Source of the DNA: an uncultured cyanobacterium
Lineage (GTDB): Bacteria > Cyanobacteriota > Cyanobacteriia > Cyanobacteriales > Cyanobacteriaceae
DNA: 64,000 nt
Direction of reading: 5' to 3'
NCBI GenBank assembly: GCA_963749915.1
Contig: CAVVOP010000022.1
Coordinates: forward strand, 64,001-128,000
A program made the position numbers and the translations under genes. Positions within the stretch are counted from its first letter, which is position 1. The number at the start of each line of letters is the position of its first letter. Of this stretch, positions 32,711 to 43,056 are shown one piece after another. The notes under the pieces are model-generated. The model was not told where the DNA came from and searched no databases. It saw nothing but the letters and a program-made list of their open reading frames with translations.

Positions 32711-34801
32711 ATGGAAAAATTTTTTGCAATAATTCCGAATACTCCCCTCCTCACTTTTACTATTCTTTTATTAGTAATTGTCACAATTCCTCCCCTTTTT
32801 GAAAAAATCAAATTACCTGGATTAGTGGGTTTATTAGTGGCGGGAGTTATTTTTGGAAATGATGGCTTGGGTTTATTAGATAAAGACAGCGAATCTATCA
32901 AACTTTTAGCTGATATCGGTAAAATTTATTTGATGTTTGTGGCTGGTTTAGAAATTGATTTAGAAGATTTTCGCAAGAGTAGAAATCGTTCTCTAACTTT
33001 TGGTTTTTGCACCTTTATTGCACCTTTAATTATCGGTACTTTGGTGGGTTTTGCCTTTAATATGGGTATCAATGCCTCTATTTTATTAGGTTCTTTATTG
33101 GCTTCTCACACACTTTTGGGTTATCCCATCGTTAATCGTTTAGGGGTAGTGAGAAATGAAGCCGTAGTCGTGACCATTGGTGCCACTATTTTTACCGATA
33201 TAGGGGCTTTATTCGTGTTAGCTATCTGTATTTCGATTCATGGAGGAGAATTTACTGTTGCTACGTTATTTTTTCAATTAGCTAGTTTAGCCATTTATTC
33301 TGCCATCGTTTTATATGGTTTTGATAAAGCGGGGAAAGAATATTTTCGACGCACGGGAGATGAGGAAAGTAACCAATTTTTATTCGTCTTACTGGCAGTT
33401 TTTCTGGCTTCTGTGGGTGCACAATTAATTAATATCGATAAGATTGTTGGGGCATTTTTAGCAGGTTTAGCGGTTAATGATGTGGTGAGAAAAGGCCCTG
33501 TTAAAGAGAAAATTGAGTTTGTGGGCAGTACTTTATTTATACCTTGTTTTTTCGTTTCCATTGGATTAATTCTCAACTTATCCGGTTTTCTCAATACTTT
33601 AAGCCAAGATTTTCTTCTTACTATTGCCATTGTTGGTGGTTTATTTTTCAGCAAATTCATTGCTGCATTAATTCCCAAATTAATTTATAAATATAGCTGG
33701 GATCAATGTATGACTATGTGGTCATTATCCTTACCTCAAGTAGCGGCAACTTTAGCGGCAACCGTAGTAGGAGTTAATGCCGGTTTATTGTCAGAATCGG
33801 TTTTTAATGTTGTCATTGTCATGATGTTAGTTACTTCTGTGGGGGGACCAATTTTAACTGGTAAATTTGCCCGTAATTTATTCGAACCCACTGAAAATGT
33901 AGCTCTAAGAGAAACTGTAGAGGACATAGATAATTCTGAGTTGGGTTTAGATGAAAGTATCGATGATCATAACTTAATTAATTCTTTCTCGATTATTGTC
34001 CCGATTTCCAATCCCTACACAGAAAAATTACTGGTGGAAATTGGTGCTATTTTAGCCCGTAATGAAAAAGGATTAGTAATACCTTTATCGATAGTTAAAG
34101 CTCATGTTCACATGGATGAACCAGAATTGAAAATTGCCCTCCATCATAGTAATAAATTATTAGCCAGAAGTCGGAAATATAGTCAAGATTTACAAGTATC
34201 TATTAAACCTATTATCCGCATTGATGACGATTTAGCGGAGGCCATCAGCCGAGTAGCAAGAGAAAACCAAGCTAACTTAATTGTTATGGGTTGGAGTCCA
34301 AATACTACTATTCAAGCTCGTTTATTCGGCAATTTGATTGATAACGTCTTTTGGTCATCCCATTGTCCTGTAGCGGTAACGAAACTTGTTGACGAGCCAA
34401 ATAATATACATAAAATCTTAGTGCCTGTTAAAAATCTCGATCAAAAAACCCTCCATATTATTCGTTTTGCTTCTATTTTTGCGAAGAATAATCAAGGTAG
34501 TATTACATTACTTCATATACATGATCGCAAAGTTAACAAAAGTCAAATTGAAACTTTTAAGTCTGCTTTAAGTCTTGCGGTGGAAAAAATAGCCACCCAA
34601 ATCCCCATTACTATTAAAATAGTACGTTATTCTGATGCCGCCCGAGCCATAATTCGTATGGCACATAAATATGACTTTGACTTAGTTATTTTACGTTCTG
34701 TACGTCGTCGTACTGCCGGAGGGTTAGCTGTTAGTGATGTAACGACAGAAGTTGTCAAGCAAATTACTCGTTCAGTGATCATTTTTGGTGAACCAGATTA
34801 A
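32711..34801 (+). CDS. Na+/H+ antiporter (CPA2, NhaS5-like) with C-terminal USP-like domains
   Basis: LMFVAGLE, SHTLLGYP, GAFLAG, about 12 TMs, USP tail. Confidence 0.88.
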   Translation: MEKFFAIIPNTPLLTFTILLLVIVTIPPLFEKIKLPGLVGLLVAGVIFGNDGLGLLDKDSESIKLLADIGKIYLMFVAGLEIDLEDFRKSRNRSLTFGFCTFIAPLIIGTLVGFAFNMGINASILLGSLLASHTLLGYPIVNRLGVVRNEAVVVTIGATIFTDIGALFVLAICISIHGGEFTVATLFFQLASLAIYSAIVLYGFDKAGKEYFRRTGDEESNQFLFVLLAVFLASVGAQLINIDKIVGAFLAGLAVNDVVRKGPVKEKIEFVGSTLFIPCFFVSIGLILNLSGFLNTLSQDFLLTIAIVGGLFFSKFIAALIPKLIYKYSWDQCMTMWSLSLPQVAATLAATVVGVNAGLLSESVFNVVIVMMLVTSVGGPILTGKFARNLFEPTENVALRETVEDIDNSELGLDESIDDHNLINSFSIIVPISNPYTEKLLVEIGAILARNEKGLVIPLSIVKAHVHMDEPELKIALHHSNKLLARSRKYSQDLQVSIKPIIRIDDDLAEAISRVARENQANLIVMGWSPNTTIQARLFGNLIDNVFWSSHCPVAVTKLVDEPNNIHKILVPVKNLDQKTLHIIRFASIFAKNNQGSITLLHIHDRKVNKSQIETFKSALSLAVEKIATQIPITIKIVRYSDAARAIIRMAHKYDFDLVILRSVRRRTAGGLAVSDVTTEVVKQITRSVIIFGEPD

Positions 34802-34847
34802 GCTATAAAAAAAGAGAGGTTTTCCCGGCTAAACACCGGATAATTTT

Positions 34848-35729
34848 ATGAGTGAAAAAGTTAGTAATCAAAGAGAGTGGATTTGGCGAGGTTGGCATAT
34901 TCGTTATACTTTTCAAAGAGTGGCATTAGAAAATAAACCTACTGATATACCTATTCTACTTTTACATGGTTTTGGGGCATCCCTTGGGCATTGGCGACAT
35001 AACATCCCTGTTTTAAGTCAACACCACACCGTTTATGCCCTTGATTTACTTGGGTTTGGTGCATCGAAAAAAGCCTATACTAACTATGGTATTGAATTGT
35101 GGTCAGAATTAGTCTATGATTTCTGGACTGCTTTTATTGCTCAATCTTGTATTATTATCGGTAACTCCATTGGTTCATTAATTGCTTTAAATACTATCGC
35201 TGAATATCCCTTGATAGCAAAGGGTTTAGTGATGTTAAGTCTGCCCAATATATCCTCAAGACAAAAATTAACACCTGCCAAAATTCGACCCCTTGTCAAC
35301 ACATTAGAAAATTTAGTGGCTTCTCCCTTACTTATCCGTCTAATTTTTTTTGTGGCCCGTCAACCTAGTGTTATTCGTCGTTGTTTAAAAGTTGCCTATA
35401 TTGATCATACTAATGTCGATGATGAATTAGTAAATATTATCAGTGTTCCCCCCCGGGATCCTGGTGCTGCTCGTGCTTTAATTGCTTTAACTAAATCTGT
35501 TAGTAATTTCTCCTTCTCCGCGGCAGAATTGCTAAAACAGGTTAATATTCCAATGTTATTACTTTGGGGTAAAGGCGATCGGTTAACTCCTCCAACTTTA
35601 GCGGCGGAATTGGCACAAATAAACCCTCAAATTGAACTAAAATTATTGGAGAATTTAGGCCATTGTCTCCATGACGAAAATCCACAATTATTCCATCAAT
35701 TATTATTACAATGGTTGAATAAATTTTAA
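34848..35729 (+). CDS. Alpha/beta fold hydrolase
   Basis: HGFG, DLLGFG, GNSIG, GHCLHDE. Confidence 0.92.
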   Translation: MSEKVSNQREWIWRGWHIRYTFQRVALENKPTDIPILLLHGFGASLGHWRHNIPVLSQHHTVYALDLLGFGASKKAYTNYGIELWSELVYDFWTAFIAQSCIIIGNSIGSLIALNTIAEYPLIAKGLVMLSLPNISSRQKLTPAKIRPLVNTLENLVASPLLIRLIFFVARQPSVIRRCLKVAYIDHTNVDDELVNIISVPPRDPGAARALIALTKSVSNFSFSAAELLKQVNIPMLLLWGKGDRLTPPTLAAELAQINPQIELKLLENLGHCLHDENPQLFHQLLLQWLNKF

Positions 35730-35754
35730 GAAAAATAAAACCATAAAAAAAACT

Positions 35755-36297
35755 CTATTTACCTTCGACGTACCGAGCAATCTGCCACACCTTACAATCT
35801 TTGCAATGGGGATCACCTGAGTTTTGCATTCTCAGATTATCTGCGACGGTATTGGCACGGGCAAGATCCTCCAGCAATCCGTACTGATTTACTTCGGAAG
35901 GTTTGAAAACAGAGGAAAATTGACCGCAGTTCGTCAGCACGCTGATTGAATCGTATGAATCGAGAATGTCGAAGCCGCACTGTTCGAATCCCGCCGGAAC
36001 AATGGCGACATCGAGGGGCTGTTCACGTAGTGCGAGAAGATTGTGAATCCGAGAATCAAAGTTAACTCGTCGTATCAAGTAGTCGCAATCTAAAAACCAG
36101 TCGATACGATAGTCTGTTTGCACGTTGTGATCCCAGTCGTCGTCAACAATATCATCAATGAGGTTTGGGCAAAGGATCTGGTCTGCGGATATAAGCTCGA
36201 CGATGTCATGGAATCCTGAGAAGTCGAGATAGGATTGCCAGCCATCCGCCGTTGACGGCGAGAAACGTTTGCGGGCAGTATAGTACCACAGGATCAT
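35755..36297 (-). CDS. Hypothetical protein, compositionally atypical
   Basis: 180-aa ORF, visibly GC-richer than its flanks. Confidence 0.75.
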   Translation of the reverse strand: MILWYYTARKRFSPSTADGWQSYLDFSGFHDIVELISADQILCPNLIDDIVDDDWDHNVQTDYRIDWFLDCDYLIRRVNFDSRIHNLLALREQPLDVAIVPAGFEQCGFDILDSYDSISVLTNCGQFSSVFKPSEVNQYGLLEDLARANTVADNLRMQNSGDPHCKDCKVWQIARYVEGK

Positions 36298-36395
36298 GCT
36301 TTCAGGGAAATATACTCTGAACGGGTTAAAACTTTACTTTTAGCGATCGCTTTAAAACATTGAAAATATGGGAGAGTTAAATTTTCAGCACTTGA

Positions 36396-37460
36396 TTAAC
36401 CTTTCAATGCCATAACAGAAACTTTGGCAGCTATTTGTTGTGCTATTTTTGTCAGGGCTATCGCTGATGCAGATTGAGGCTCACTGACGACAATGGGAAT
36501 ACCTGCGTCTCCTCCTTCTCTTAAGGAAATTTCTAGGGGAATACACCCCAATAAAGGCACATTTAACTCTTTAGAGGCTTTTTCACCGCCACCAGAGCCA
36601 AATAGGTCATAATTCTTATCAGGCATATCAGGAGGGATAAAATAGCTCATATTTTCCACCAATCCTAAGATATTTGTCCCTAACTGTTCAAACATTTTTA
36701 AACCTCTACGGGCATCTTGTAAGGAAACGGTTTGTGGTGTCGTGACGATTACTGCACCTGCGAGAGGAACTGCTTGTGCTAAGGTTAATTGGGCATCCCC
36801 AGTACCGGGGGGCATATCTACGATTAAGTAATCTAACTCTCCCCAGTTCACTTGGTACAAAAATTGGCGTATGATGCCGTTCAACATCGGCCCTCGCCAC
36901 ATTACGGGCTGATCAGGATCGATTAAAAAGCCCATAGACACCATTTTAATACCGTGATTGAAGGCAGGTTGCAGAATATCCCCTAATGGCGATTTTTCTA
37001 CCTCAATCGGTACCTTATCTAACCCTAACATCATAGGTGCATTAGGGCCATAAATATCAGCATCCAATAAACCAACTTTAGCACCGGCTTGGGCGAGAGC
37101 GACGGCAACATTAACGGAAATAGTACTTTTCCCGACCCCTCCCTTACCGCTAGAAATGGCAATAATATTTTTCACTTGATTCACCGATTGCCTATCAGGT
37201 AAAGGTTTTTGCTGAGGGGTTTCGGCGGTGATTTCTATGGAGACAGATTCTACACCCTCTAGGGTTTTGACGGCTTTCTCACAATCTTCTCTAATAAATT
37301 CCTTTAATGGGCAAGCAGGGGTAGTCAAAACGAGAGTAAAACTAACATTACCATCTTTGATCCCTATATTGCGGATCATGTTCAATTCTACTAAACTTTT
37401 TTGTAATTCGGGATCTTGAACTGGTTTTAAAACTTCTAAAATTGATTCAGTATTTAACAT
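36396..37460 (-). CDS. mrp: Mrp/NBP35 (ApbC) Fe-S cluster carrier ATPase
   Basis: TPACP, GKGGVGKST, DADIYGP, WRGPM, DMPPGTGD. Confidence 0.95.
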   Translation of the reverse strand: MLNTESILEVLKPVQDPELQKSLVELNMIRNIGIKDGNVSFTLVLTTPACPLKEFIREDCEKAVKTLEGVESVSIEITAETPQQKPLPDRQSVNQVKNIIAISSGKGGVGKSTISVNVAVALAQAGAKVGLLDADIYGPNAPMMLGLDKVPIEVEKSPLGDILQPAFNHGIKMVSMGFLIDPDQPVMWRGPMLNGIIRQFLYQVNWGELDYLIVDMPPGTGDAQLTLAQAVPLAGAVIVTTPQTVSLQDARRGLKMFEQLGTNILGLVENMSYFIPPDMPDKNYDLFGSGGGEKASKELNVPLLGCIPLEISLREGGDAGIPIVVSEPQSASAIALTKIAQQIAAKVSVMALKG

Positions 37461-37599
37461 AGTTTTTAAAATTGATAATGAATTAGATACGGCTCTTTTG
37501 AGAAGACAGCGAGAAGTCTTTAATGAACAAGGCTTGGAAGGTTATAAAATTTTCTGGTGGAAAGCCAGGAGGCAGTCCCCATGAAAAAAATTTTCACCA

Positions 37600-37978
37600 T
37601 CAGAGATGAAGGTGCTTACTTTCAACTCAGAGGGCAGAGGGACGAAGAAGGAAGAAGAAACAAGGCCATTTTTTCAGCTTATTCAAGCTTGAGACCATTA
37701 TTCTTTGCATTTCTTCCACTTCATCCATAACAGGTTTAAATAACCTAGTGGTCTGTCAAGATAGTTTTGAGGGACTGGGAACGGATAATTTTGGATTTTG
37801 GATTTTGGAAGATTGTTTTATCCCTCATTTCAAAATTGGCAGACCACTAGTTTCACCGGCGTCTGATTTGATTGGTTAAACCATAAAGTTCCGATTGGGG
37901 AAAATGCTGGGTTAGTCTGTAACACTTAGCAGAAACCTGAATTGCACGTTTCCGGATAAATTGTTTTCGATAACTCAT
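37600..37978 (-). pseudogene. Four-helix-bundle (S23/bAvd-like) protein gene split by a MITE
   Basis: 37978-37853 reads MSYRKQFIRKRAIQVSAKCYRLTQHFPQSELYGLTNQIRRR*. Beyond the MITE, 37743-37600 reads LFKPVMDEVEEMQRIMVSSLNKLK... The family core (SVxSNIAEG...) is absent. Confidence 0.72.
37745..37850. mobile_element. MITE copy 1 (106 bp)
   Basis: Terminal inverted repeats CTAGTGGTCTGTCAA / TTGGCAGACCACTAG, internal (TTTTGGA)x3, near-identical copy at 54304. Confidence 0.85.
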
Positions 37979-38309
37979 AAGCAAAAAAGTCCGAAGTTTG
38001 AAGTAATCGCCAATAATAACATCTGCCTTACCCTTGCCAATAATTTTAGCAAACCCACCAAGTCGTCTAATGAAGTCGATTTTACAAAAATGATACCAAT
38101 ATTTTGATGCTCTAAAAAAGGATTTATCTGCGATCGTTTTTGTAGTTTTAGATAAATATGATTGTCCTCTATCTATCGAAAGAAAATAACAGCTTAAACT
38201 ATGTCATAGGTATCTTTTCTGTTACCGATGATTACTTATTGTTAATTGCTCATTATCCGATGCCCATTTATGAAATAATTAAATGTGAAGAATTCTTTAA
38301 AAAACGACG

Positions 38310-39428
38310 ATGAAATTCACTTGGTGGAAACCTATAGTAAAAATAACTATTGCAACTATCTTAATTTTAACTTTTGCGATCGCCTTTAACCCCCTGGGGT
38401 TACGAGTAGTACAAGCGCAAACAGTAAGAAGAAGTATCTTGGCACAGGGAGATGCCATCACAGATCCTGAAGCCATCTTAAGGTATGCTTTACCCATAGA
38501 TAACGATATTATTAGACAAATTCAGCAAGATATTGAGAAAATCGCCAAAAATTTGCGATCGAAACGGTGGGCATCCATCGAAAAAGAAGTCAAAAATGCG
38601 GCCTTCTTATTAAAACTACATCAAGATGATTTATTAAAGAGTATACCGGAAGACTTACAACCAAGAGCAAAAGAATTAGTTACCGCTATCACAGAAGATG
38701 TGGCCCAATTACGGGAACTGGTGGAAAGAGAAGATAAAGACCAAATTTACCTTGTCAGAACCAGAATCCTAGGTAATGTCACCGAATTAGAAGAAGCTAT
38801 GGTCACAAGATTTCCTTTTAAAGTTCCCGAAGAATATGCTTCTTTACCCCAGTTATTAGGTAGAGCAAAAGTAGAGGTAAAAACTACTCAAGGAAATTTA
38901 GTTATTGTGGTGGATGGTTATAGTGCGCCCTTGACTGGCGGTAACTTTGTTGATTTAGTGGAACGTAAATTTTATGATGGTTTACCCTTTATTCGTGCAG
39001 AAGATTATTATGTGTTGCAAACAGGCGATCCTGAAGGCGAAGCAGAAGGTTTTATTGATCCGAAAACCAATAAATACAGATCAATTCCCTTAGAAATACT
39101 TGTCAAGGGTGAATCTGAACCGATTTATGGTTTTACGACTGAAGATGTAGGAATGTATTTAGCTCAACCAGTTCTGCCATTTAATGCTTTTGGTGCGGTC
39201 GCTTTGGCCCGTCCTACCACCGACACCAATGGTGGTTCTTCTCAATTTTTCTTCTTCAAATTTGATACAGAAATAACCCCTCCTGGATATAACCTAATGG
39301 ATGGAAGATTTGCCGTCTTTGGTTATGTTACCGAGGGTGCGGAAGTATTAGATCAACTAACGGCGGAAGACAAGATTATCTCCATGCAGGTCATTGAGGG
39401 GAAAGAGAATTTAGTCGAACCAAGTTAA
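38310..39428 (+). CDS. Thylakoid lumen cyclophilin-type PPIase (TLP40/CYP38-like)
   Basis: Signal peptide, AILRYALP helical domain, DGYSAPLTGGNFVDLV, SSQFF, DGRFAVFGYV. Confidence 0.9.
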   Translation: MKFTWWKPIVKITIATILILTFAIAFNPLGLRVVQAQTVRRSILAQGDAITDPEAILRYALPIDNDIIRQIQQDIEKIAKNLRSKRWASIEKEVKNAAFLLKLHQDDLLKSIPEDLQPRAKELVTAITEDVAQLRELVEREDKDQIYLVRTRILGNVTELEEAMVTRFPFKVPEEYASLPQLLGRAKVEVKTTQGNLVIVVDGYSAPLTGGNFVDLVERKFYDGLPFIRAEDYYVLQTGDPEGEAEGFIDPKTNKYRSIPLEILVKGESEPIYGFTTEDVGMYLAQPVLPFNAFGAVALARPTTDTNGGSSQFFFFKFDTEITPPGYNLMDGRFAVFGYVTEGAEVLDQLTAEDKIISMQVIEGKENLVEPS

Positions 39429-39653
39429 GATAAGTTCCGTGTTCTGTTCAGGATCAGATTTGGTAGTTTTATCAAGAGTTAAAAAACTACAAAAAGTTGA
39501 CAGCACCAGAACAGGAACAACAAAAAGCCAGACATCAGGGAATTGGTAAAAAGAAAAATCAGTGGCAGTACTAGGGCGTGTTTTAAAAGTTGGGAAAGAA
39601 GATTCTAAATTATATTCCGTTAAAATCGTAAGTAAAAATACTCTAGCAATCCC

Positions 39654-39995
39654 ATGACAACAACTTTTTCAGATAATCACCCCCATTCTCATCAGGATCA
39701 TAAACAACATTCTCATGGTCATATTCATGGTGAAGCATCTCAACGAAAAATAATTAATCGTTTATCTCGTATTGAAGGTCACGTCAGAGGAATTAAGACT
39801 ATGATTAATGAAGGTAGAGATTGTCCTGAGGTTTTGATTCAAATTGCCGCTATTCGTGGTGCTTTAGACAGGATAGCAAGGTTAATTTTAGATGAACATC
39901 TCAGCGAATGTGTTACTCGTGCCGCAAAAGAAGGTAGTATTGAAGAAGAAATAGAAGCCTTGAAATCTGCTTTAGATCGTTTCCTACCATCTTAA
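39654..39995 (+). CDS. inrS: CsoR/RcnR-family nickel-sensing repressor InrS
   Basis: His-rich N-terminus, RLSRIEGH, CPEVLIQIAA, HLSEC. Confidence 0.85.
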   Translation: MTTTFSDNHPHSHQDHKQHSHGHIHGEASQRKIINRLSRIEGHVRGIKTMINEGRDCPEVLIQIAAIRGALDRIARLILDEHLSECVTRAAKEGSIEEEIEALKSALDRFLPS

Positions 39996-40228
39996 GTCTT
40001 ATAATGCTATAATCGTTTCGGGTATGAAGATTTAGTGATTAAAATTTGGCTCAGTATTTACTCTTTTGCTTAGCACAATAAAGGCTAATAATCTTAACTC
40101 TCTATAAATCGACGATTTCATGAGTTGCTCATTTGATGTCAACTATTCCATGAGAAACCTAGTTTTTCCAGCTTCTAATCACAAGATATTTAAGCATTAG
40201 AAGAAAATTATTCATTTATGAGGACATA

Positions 40229-40387
40229 ATGGCTAAAAGTAATCCTAAAAAAGAAAAAGCAGAACGTAACAAGGCATACGCTCGTCAGTTTAGAAAAAAA
40301 ACCACTACGTTCAACTCCAAATTTAAAAGAAGAGACTACAACGGTTCTAATGGTTCTAATCCACAGTCTGAAGATGGCAAAGAATAG
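40229..40387 (+). CDS. Small basic protein (52 aa), below ORF-track cutoff
   Basis: GAGGA RBS then MAKSNPKKEKAERNKAYARQFRKKTTT...; terminator-like hairpin follows. Confidence 0.7.
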   Translation: MAKSNPKKEKAERNKAYARQFRKKTTTFNSKFKRRDYNGSNGSNPQSEDGKE

Positions 40388-40441
40388 AACAATCCTAAGC
40401 TGTGATTAATTAAGTCCTTGACTACTTAATGTTCCAATATG

Positions 40442-40503
40442 CCACCGCCGCTAATACTTATTATCTGCCAAAGATAATTTTGGGTTGGTGGTTTTATTTT
40501 TTT
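40442..40503 (+). terminator. Putative intrinsic terminator
   Basis: CCACC...TTATCT/AGATAA...GGTGG stem followed by a T-rich tract. Confidence 0.5.
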
Positions 40504-40628
40504 ATTTAAAATTTGAGCGAAGACTCCTCAAATATCCCCACTGTGAAAAGATATATCGCGGCCATTTAAGTTCATTCAAAATTAATTTGATATTTCATTA
40601 CGATTGTTAGTTATTATATTTTCTGGTT

Positions 40629-41681
40629 ATGAATAAAGTTGTGGTAGGTTTATCAGGCGGTGTCGATAGTTCCGTGGCCGCGGCTAGTTTACAAAGTCAA
40701 GGTTATGAGGTTGAAGGTTTAACTCTCTGGTTGATGAGGGGAAAAGGTCAATGTTGTTCGGAGGGAATGGTTGATGCGGCCTCCATCTGTGAACAGTTGG
40801 GCATTCCTCATCATGTTGTCGATACTCGTGATCTTTTTCAGACTTATATTGTGGATTATTTAGTCTCTGGCTATGAAGCAGGGATTACTCCTTTACCTTG
40901 TTCTCAGTGTAACCGAGCGGTAAAATTTCCGCCCATGTTAAAATATGCCCAAAACAATCTCGGTATTGACAAAATTGCTACGGGACATTATGCCAGAATT
41001 GAATATGATGCTAAAAGCGATCGCTATCAGTTACTTAAAGCCGTTGATGATGTCAAGGATCAGTCTTATTTTCTCTACGATCTCACTCAAGAATTATTAG
41101 CCCATTTAATTTTACCGTTAGGAGAACAAACCAAGACGGAAACTAGGGCAATGGCAAATAAATTTAAACTGACAACGGCGGAAAAACCCGACAGTCAAGA
41201 TTTATGTTTAATTGAAAGTCATGGTTCGATGAAAGACTTTTTAGATCAATATATTCGACCAAAACAGGGGCAAATTGTTGATTTACAGGGGACTGTGTTA
41301 GGGGAACATGAGGGGATACATCATTATACTATTGGGCAAAGAAAAGGCTTAGGAATAGCCTATGCAGAACCGTTGTATGTGGTTAAGCTAGATCCTGTAA
41401 CAAATCAGGTTATTGTAGCAACCCGCTCTCAAGGTGGTCAAACAGAGTGTATTGTCAGTCGGATGAATTGGGTTTCAATTGTTCAACCAGAAAATTCCAT
41501 CAAGGCCGAAGCGAAAATAAGATACCGCAGTGTGCCTAAAATCGTTAATGTGATTCCTTTAGATGATCAACGGGTCAAGTTAGTATTTGATGAGCCTCAG
41601 TTTGGTATTACTCCGGGTCAGGCGGCGGTGTTATATCATCAAGATTTACTTGTAGGTGGTGGAATTATAGATCGCAATTAA
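40629..41681 (+). CDS. mnmA: tRNA 2-thiouridine(34) synthase MnmA
   Basis: SGGVDS, ATGHY, KDQSYFL, DSQDLC, TIGQRKG, TPGQ. Confidence 0.97.
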   Translation: MNKVVVGLSGGVDSSVAAASLQSQGYEVEGLTLWLMRGKGQCCSEGMVDAASICEQLGIPHHVVDTRDLFQTYIVDYLVSGYEAGITPLPCSQCNRAVKFPPMLKYAQNNLGIDKIATGHYARIEYDAKSDRYQLLKAVDDVKDQSYFLYDLTQELLAHLILPLGEQTKTETRAMANKFKLTTAEKPDSQDLCLIESHGSMKDFLDQYIRPKQGQIVDLQGTVLGEHEGIHHYTIGQRKGLGIAYAEPLYVVKLDPVTNQVIVATRSQGGQTECIVSRMNWVSIVQPENSIKAEAKIRYRSVPKIVNVIPLDDQRVKLVFDEPQFGITPGQAAVLYHQDLLVGGGIIDRN

Positions 41682-41841
41682 GAGATATATAAGAACTAGC
41701 CCTACCTTTCCTTTTTATTTCTACGTCTTTAATTTACCTCTTTTTTTATACTTTTTGTTCTTAACTTGCCAAGTCGTGTCTTTTACGACATAGGGCAGCA
41801 TTCTAAATTCTAAATTCTAAATGATTACCTCTCCTAATGAT

Positions 41842-42885
41842 TTAAACCAAAGAGTAAATTTTACCATCCATGAGAATACGACTAATACCTTTAGCTTGTA
41901 AATAAGGCGACGTTTTTTGTAGAATTCTGCCATCGGGTACTTTGATTACTTTTCCTTTGCGATCGCAAAATCTTTTCGCAACTCGGTGATTATCAAAAAC
42001 CGGTAAAGTGCGTTGTTGAGTTTCCTGTCTGGGAATTGTACCTAAATCCGCAAATTCTCTCAAAGGTTTAGTAATCAATTCAGAATAACGATCGATGACA
42101 AGATAACAAACTCTAGGAAAAGTGGCTTTTGCTAAAGGTAACACTTGTAATTGTTCGGGGAGAAAATTCCTTTTACTGATGGATTGAATCTCATCATCGT
42201 CGTCATCATCCTCATCCTCATCCTCATCCTCATCATCGTCTATATCCTCCCCAAACATGGCTGCTAAAACATTAACAGATTCAAGATCGTCATCGTCGTC
42301 CTCTAAATCTTCTTCTTCTTCTTCGATTTCCGTATAGTCTACGATATCCTCTTCTGATTGATATTTAGGAATAATAACTTCTAATTCTTCTCCTTGGTCT
42401 TCTTCTGATTGAGATAAAAAATTATCTGAATCCATCTTCATTACTTTAGCACTTCTGAGTACAGGTCTATCAACATTTGAGGGTGTTTCTACTATCAAAA
42501 TTTCTTCGATGGAAGTTTCAGGTGAAGCGACAATTTCCGCCTCTAAAGTGGCAAATTCCTCTGTATTCGCAATAACCTCTGAGGATGATTTTTGCGTTCC
42601 TAATTTTTTGGTCGAGGTGAGAGTTAATTTTGCTTGAGGATCATTTTCCCCTGAAGATCCAATGGTGCGTGCTAGACGCTTTTTTTTAATCAAATCTTCA
42701 TATTCTAAGTCAGACAAACTGGTTTTGAGAAAACGACTAACCGTCGAACTACTTACACCAAAACGAACCGCTAAGGTCGAAGTTGTTTCTTCCGTGTTGC
42801 AATATAGTTCTAAGATTTCTTGGCGATCGCCATCAGATAATTTTCTCGGACTCATAATCTCAACCTTACTCGTTAATGTAGTCAA
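41842..42885 (-). CDS. HTH protein with very acidic linker and conserved C-terminal domain
   Basis: N-terminal HTH (TTSTLAVRFGVSSSTVSRFLK), D/E tract, LPVFDNHRVAKRF C-domain. Confidence 0.75.
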   Translation of the reverse strand: MTTLTSKVEIMSPRKLSDGDRQEILELYCNTEETTSTLAVRFGVSSSTVSRFLKTSLSDLEYEDLIKKKRLARTIGSSGENDPQAKLTLTSTKKLGTQKSSSEVIANTEEFATLEAEIVASPETSIEEILIVETPSNVDRPVLRSAKVMKMDSDNFLSQSEEDQGEELEVIIPKYQSEEDIVDYTEIEEEEEDLEDDDDDLESVNVLAAMFGEDIDDDEDEDEDEDDDDDDEIQSISKRNFLPEQLQVLPLAKATFPRVCYLVIDRYSELITKPLREFADLGTIPRQETQQRTLPVFDNHRVAKRFCDRKGKVIKVPDGRILQKTSPYLQAKGISRILMDGKIYSLV

Positions 42886-43056
42886 ACTAACCTAGCCATT
42901 CTTAATGTGACTTATGCCAGTCCTATTTGTCAAGAATAGCTGAAATAAGAGTACCACTCAAAGCTAATTTTAATGTACATTGCTTATTAGTATATTTTAA
43001 TCTGAACTTCAGATAAAGTGGCAAGATTGCCTTACCTCTCATAAAATTTATTCCTA

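Noticed and set aside
37600..37978. Diversity-generating retroelement (Avd-like gene)
   Set aside because: No reverse transcriptase and no TR/VR repeat pair seen; stand-alone four-helix-bundle genes are common.
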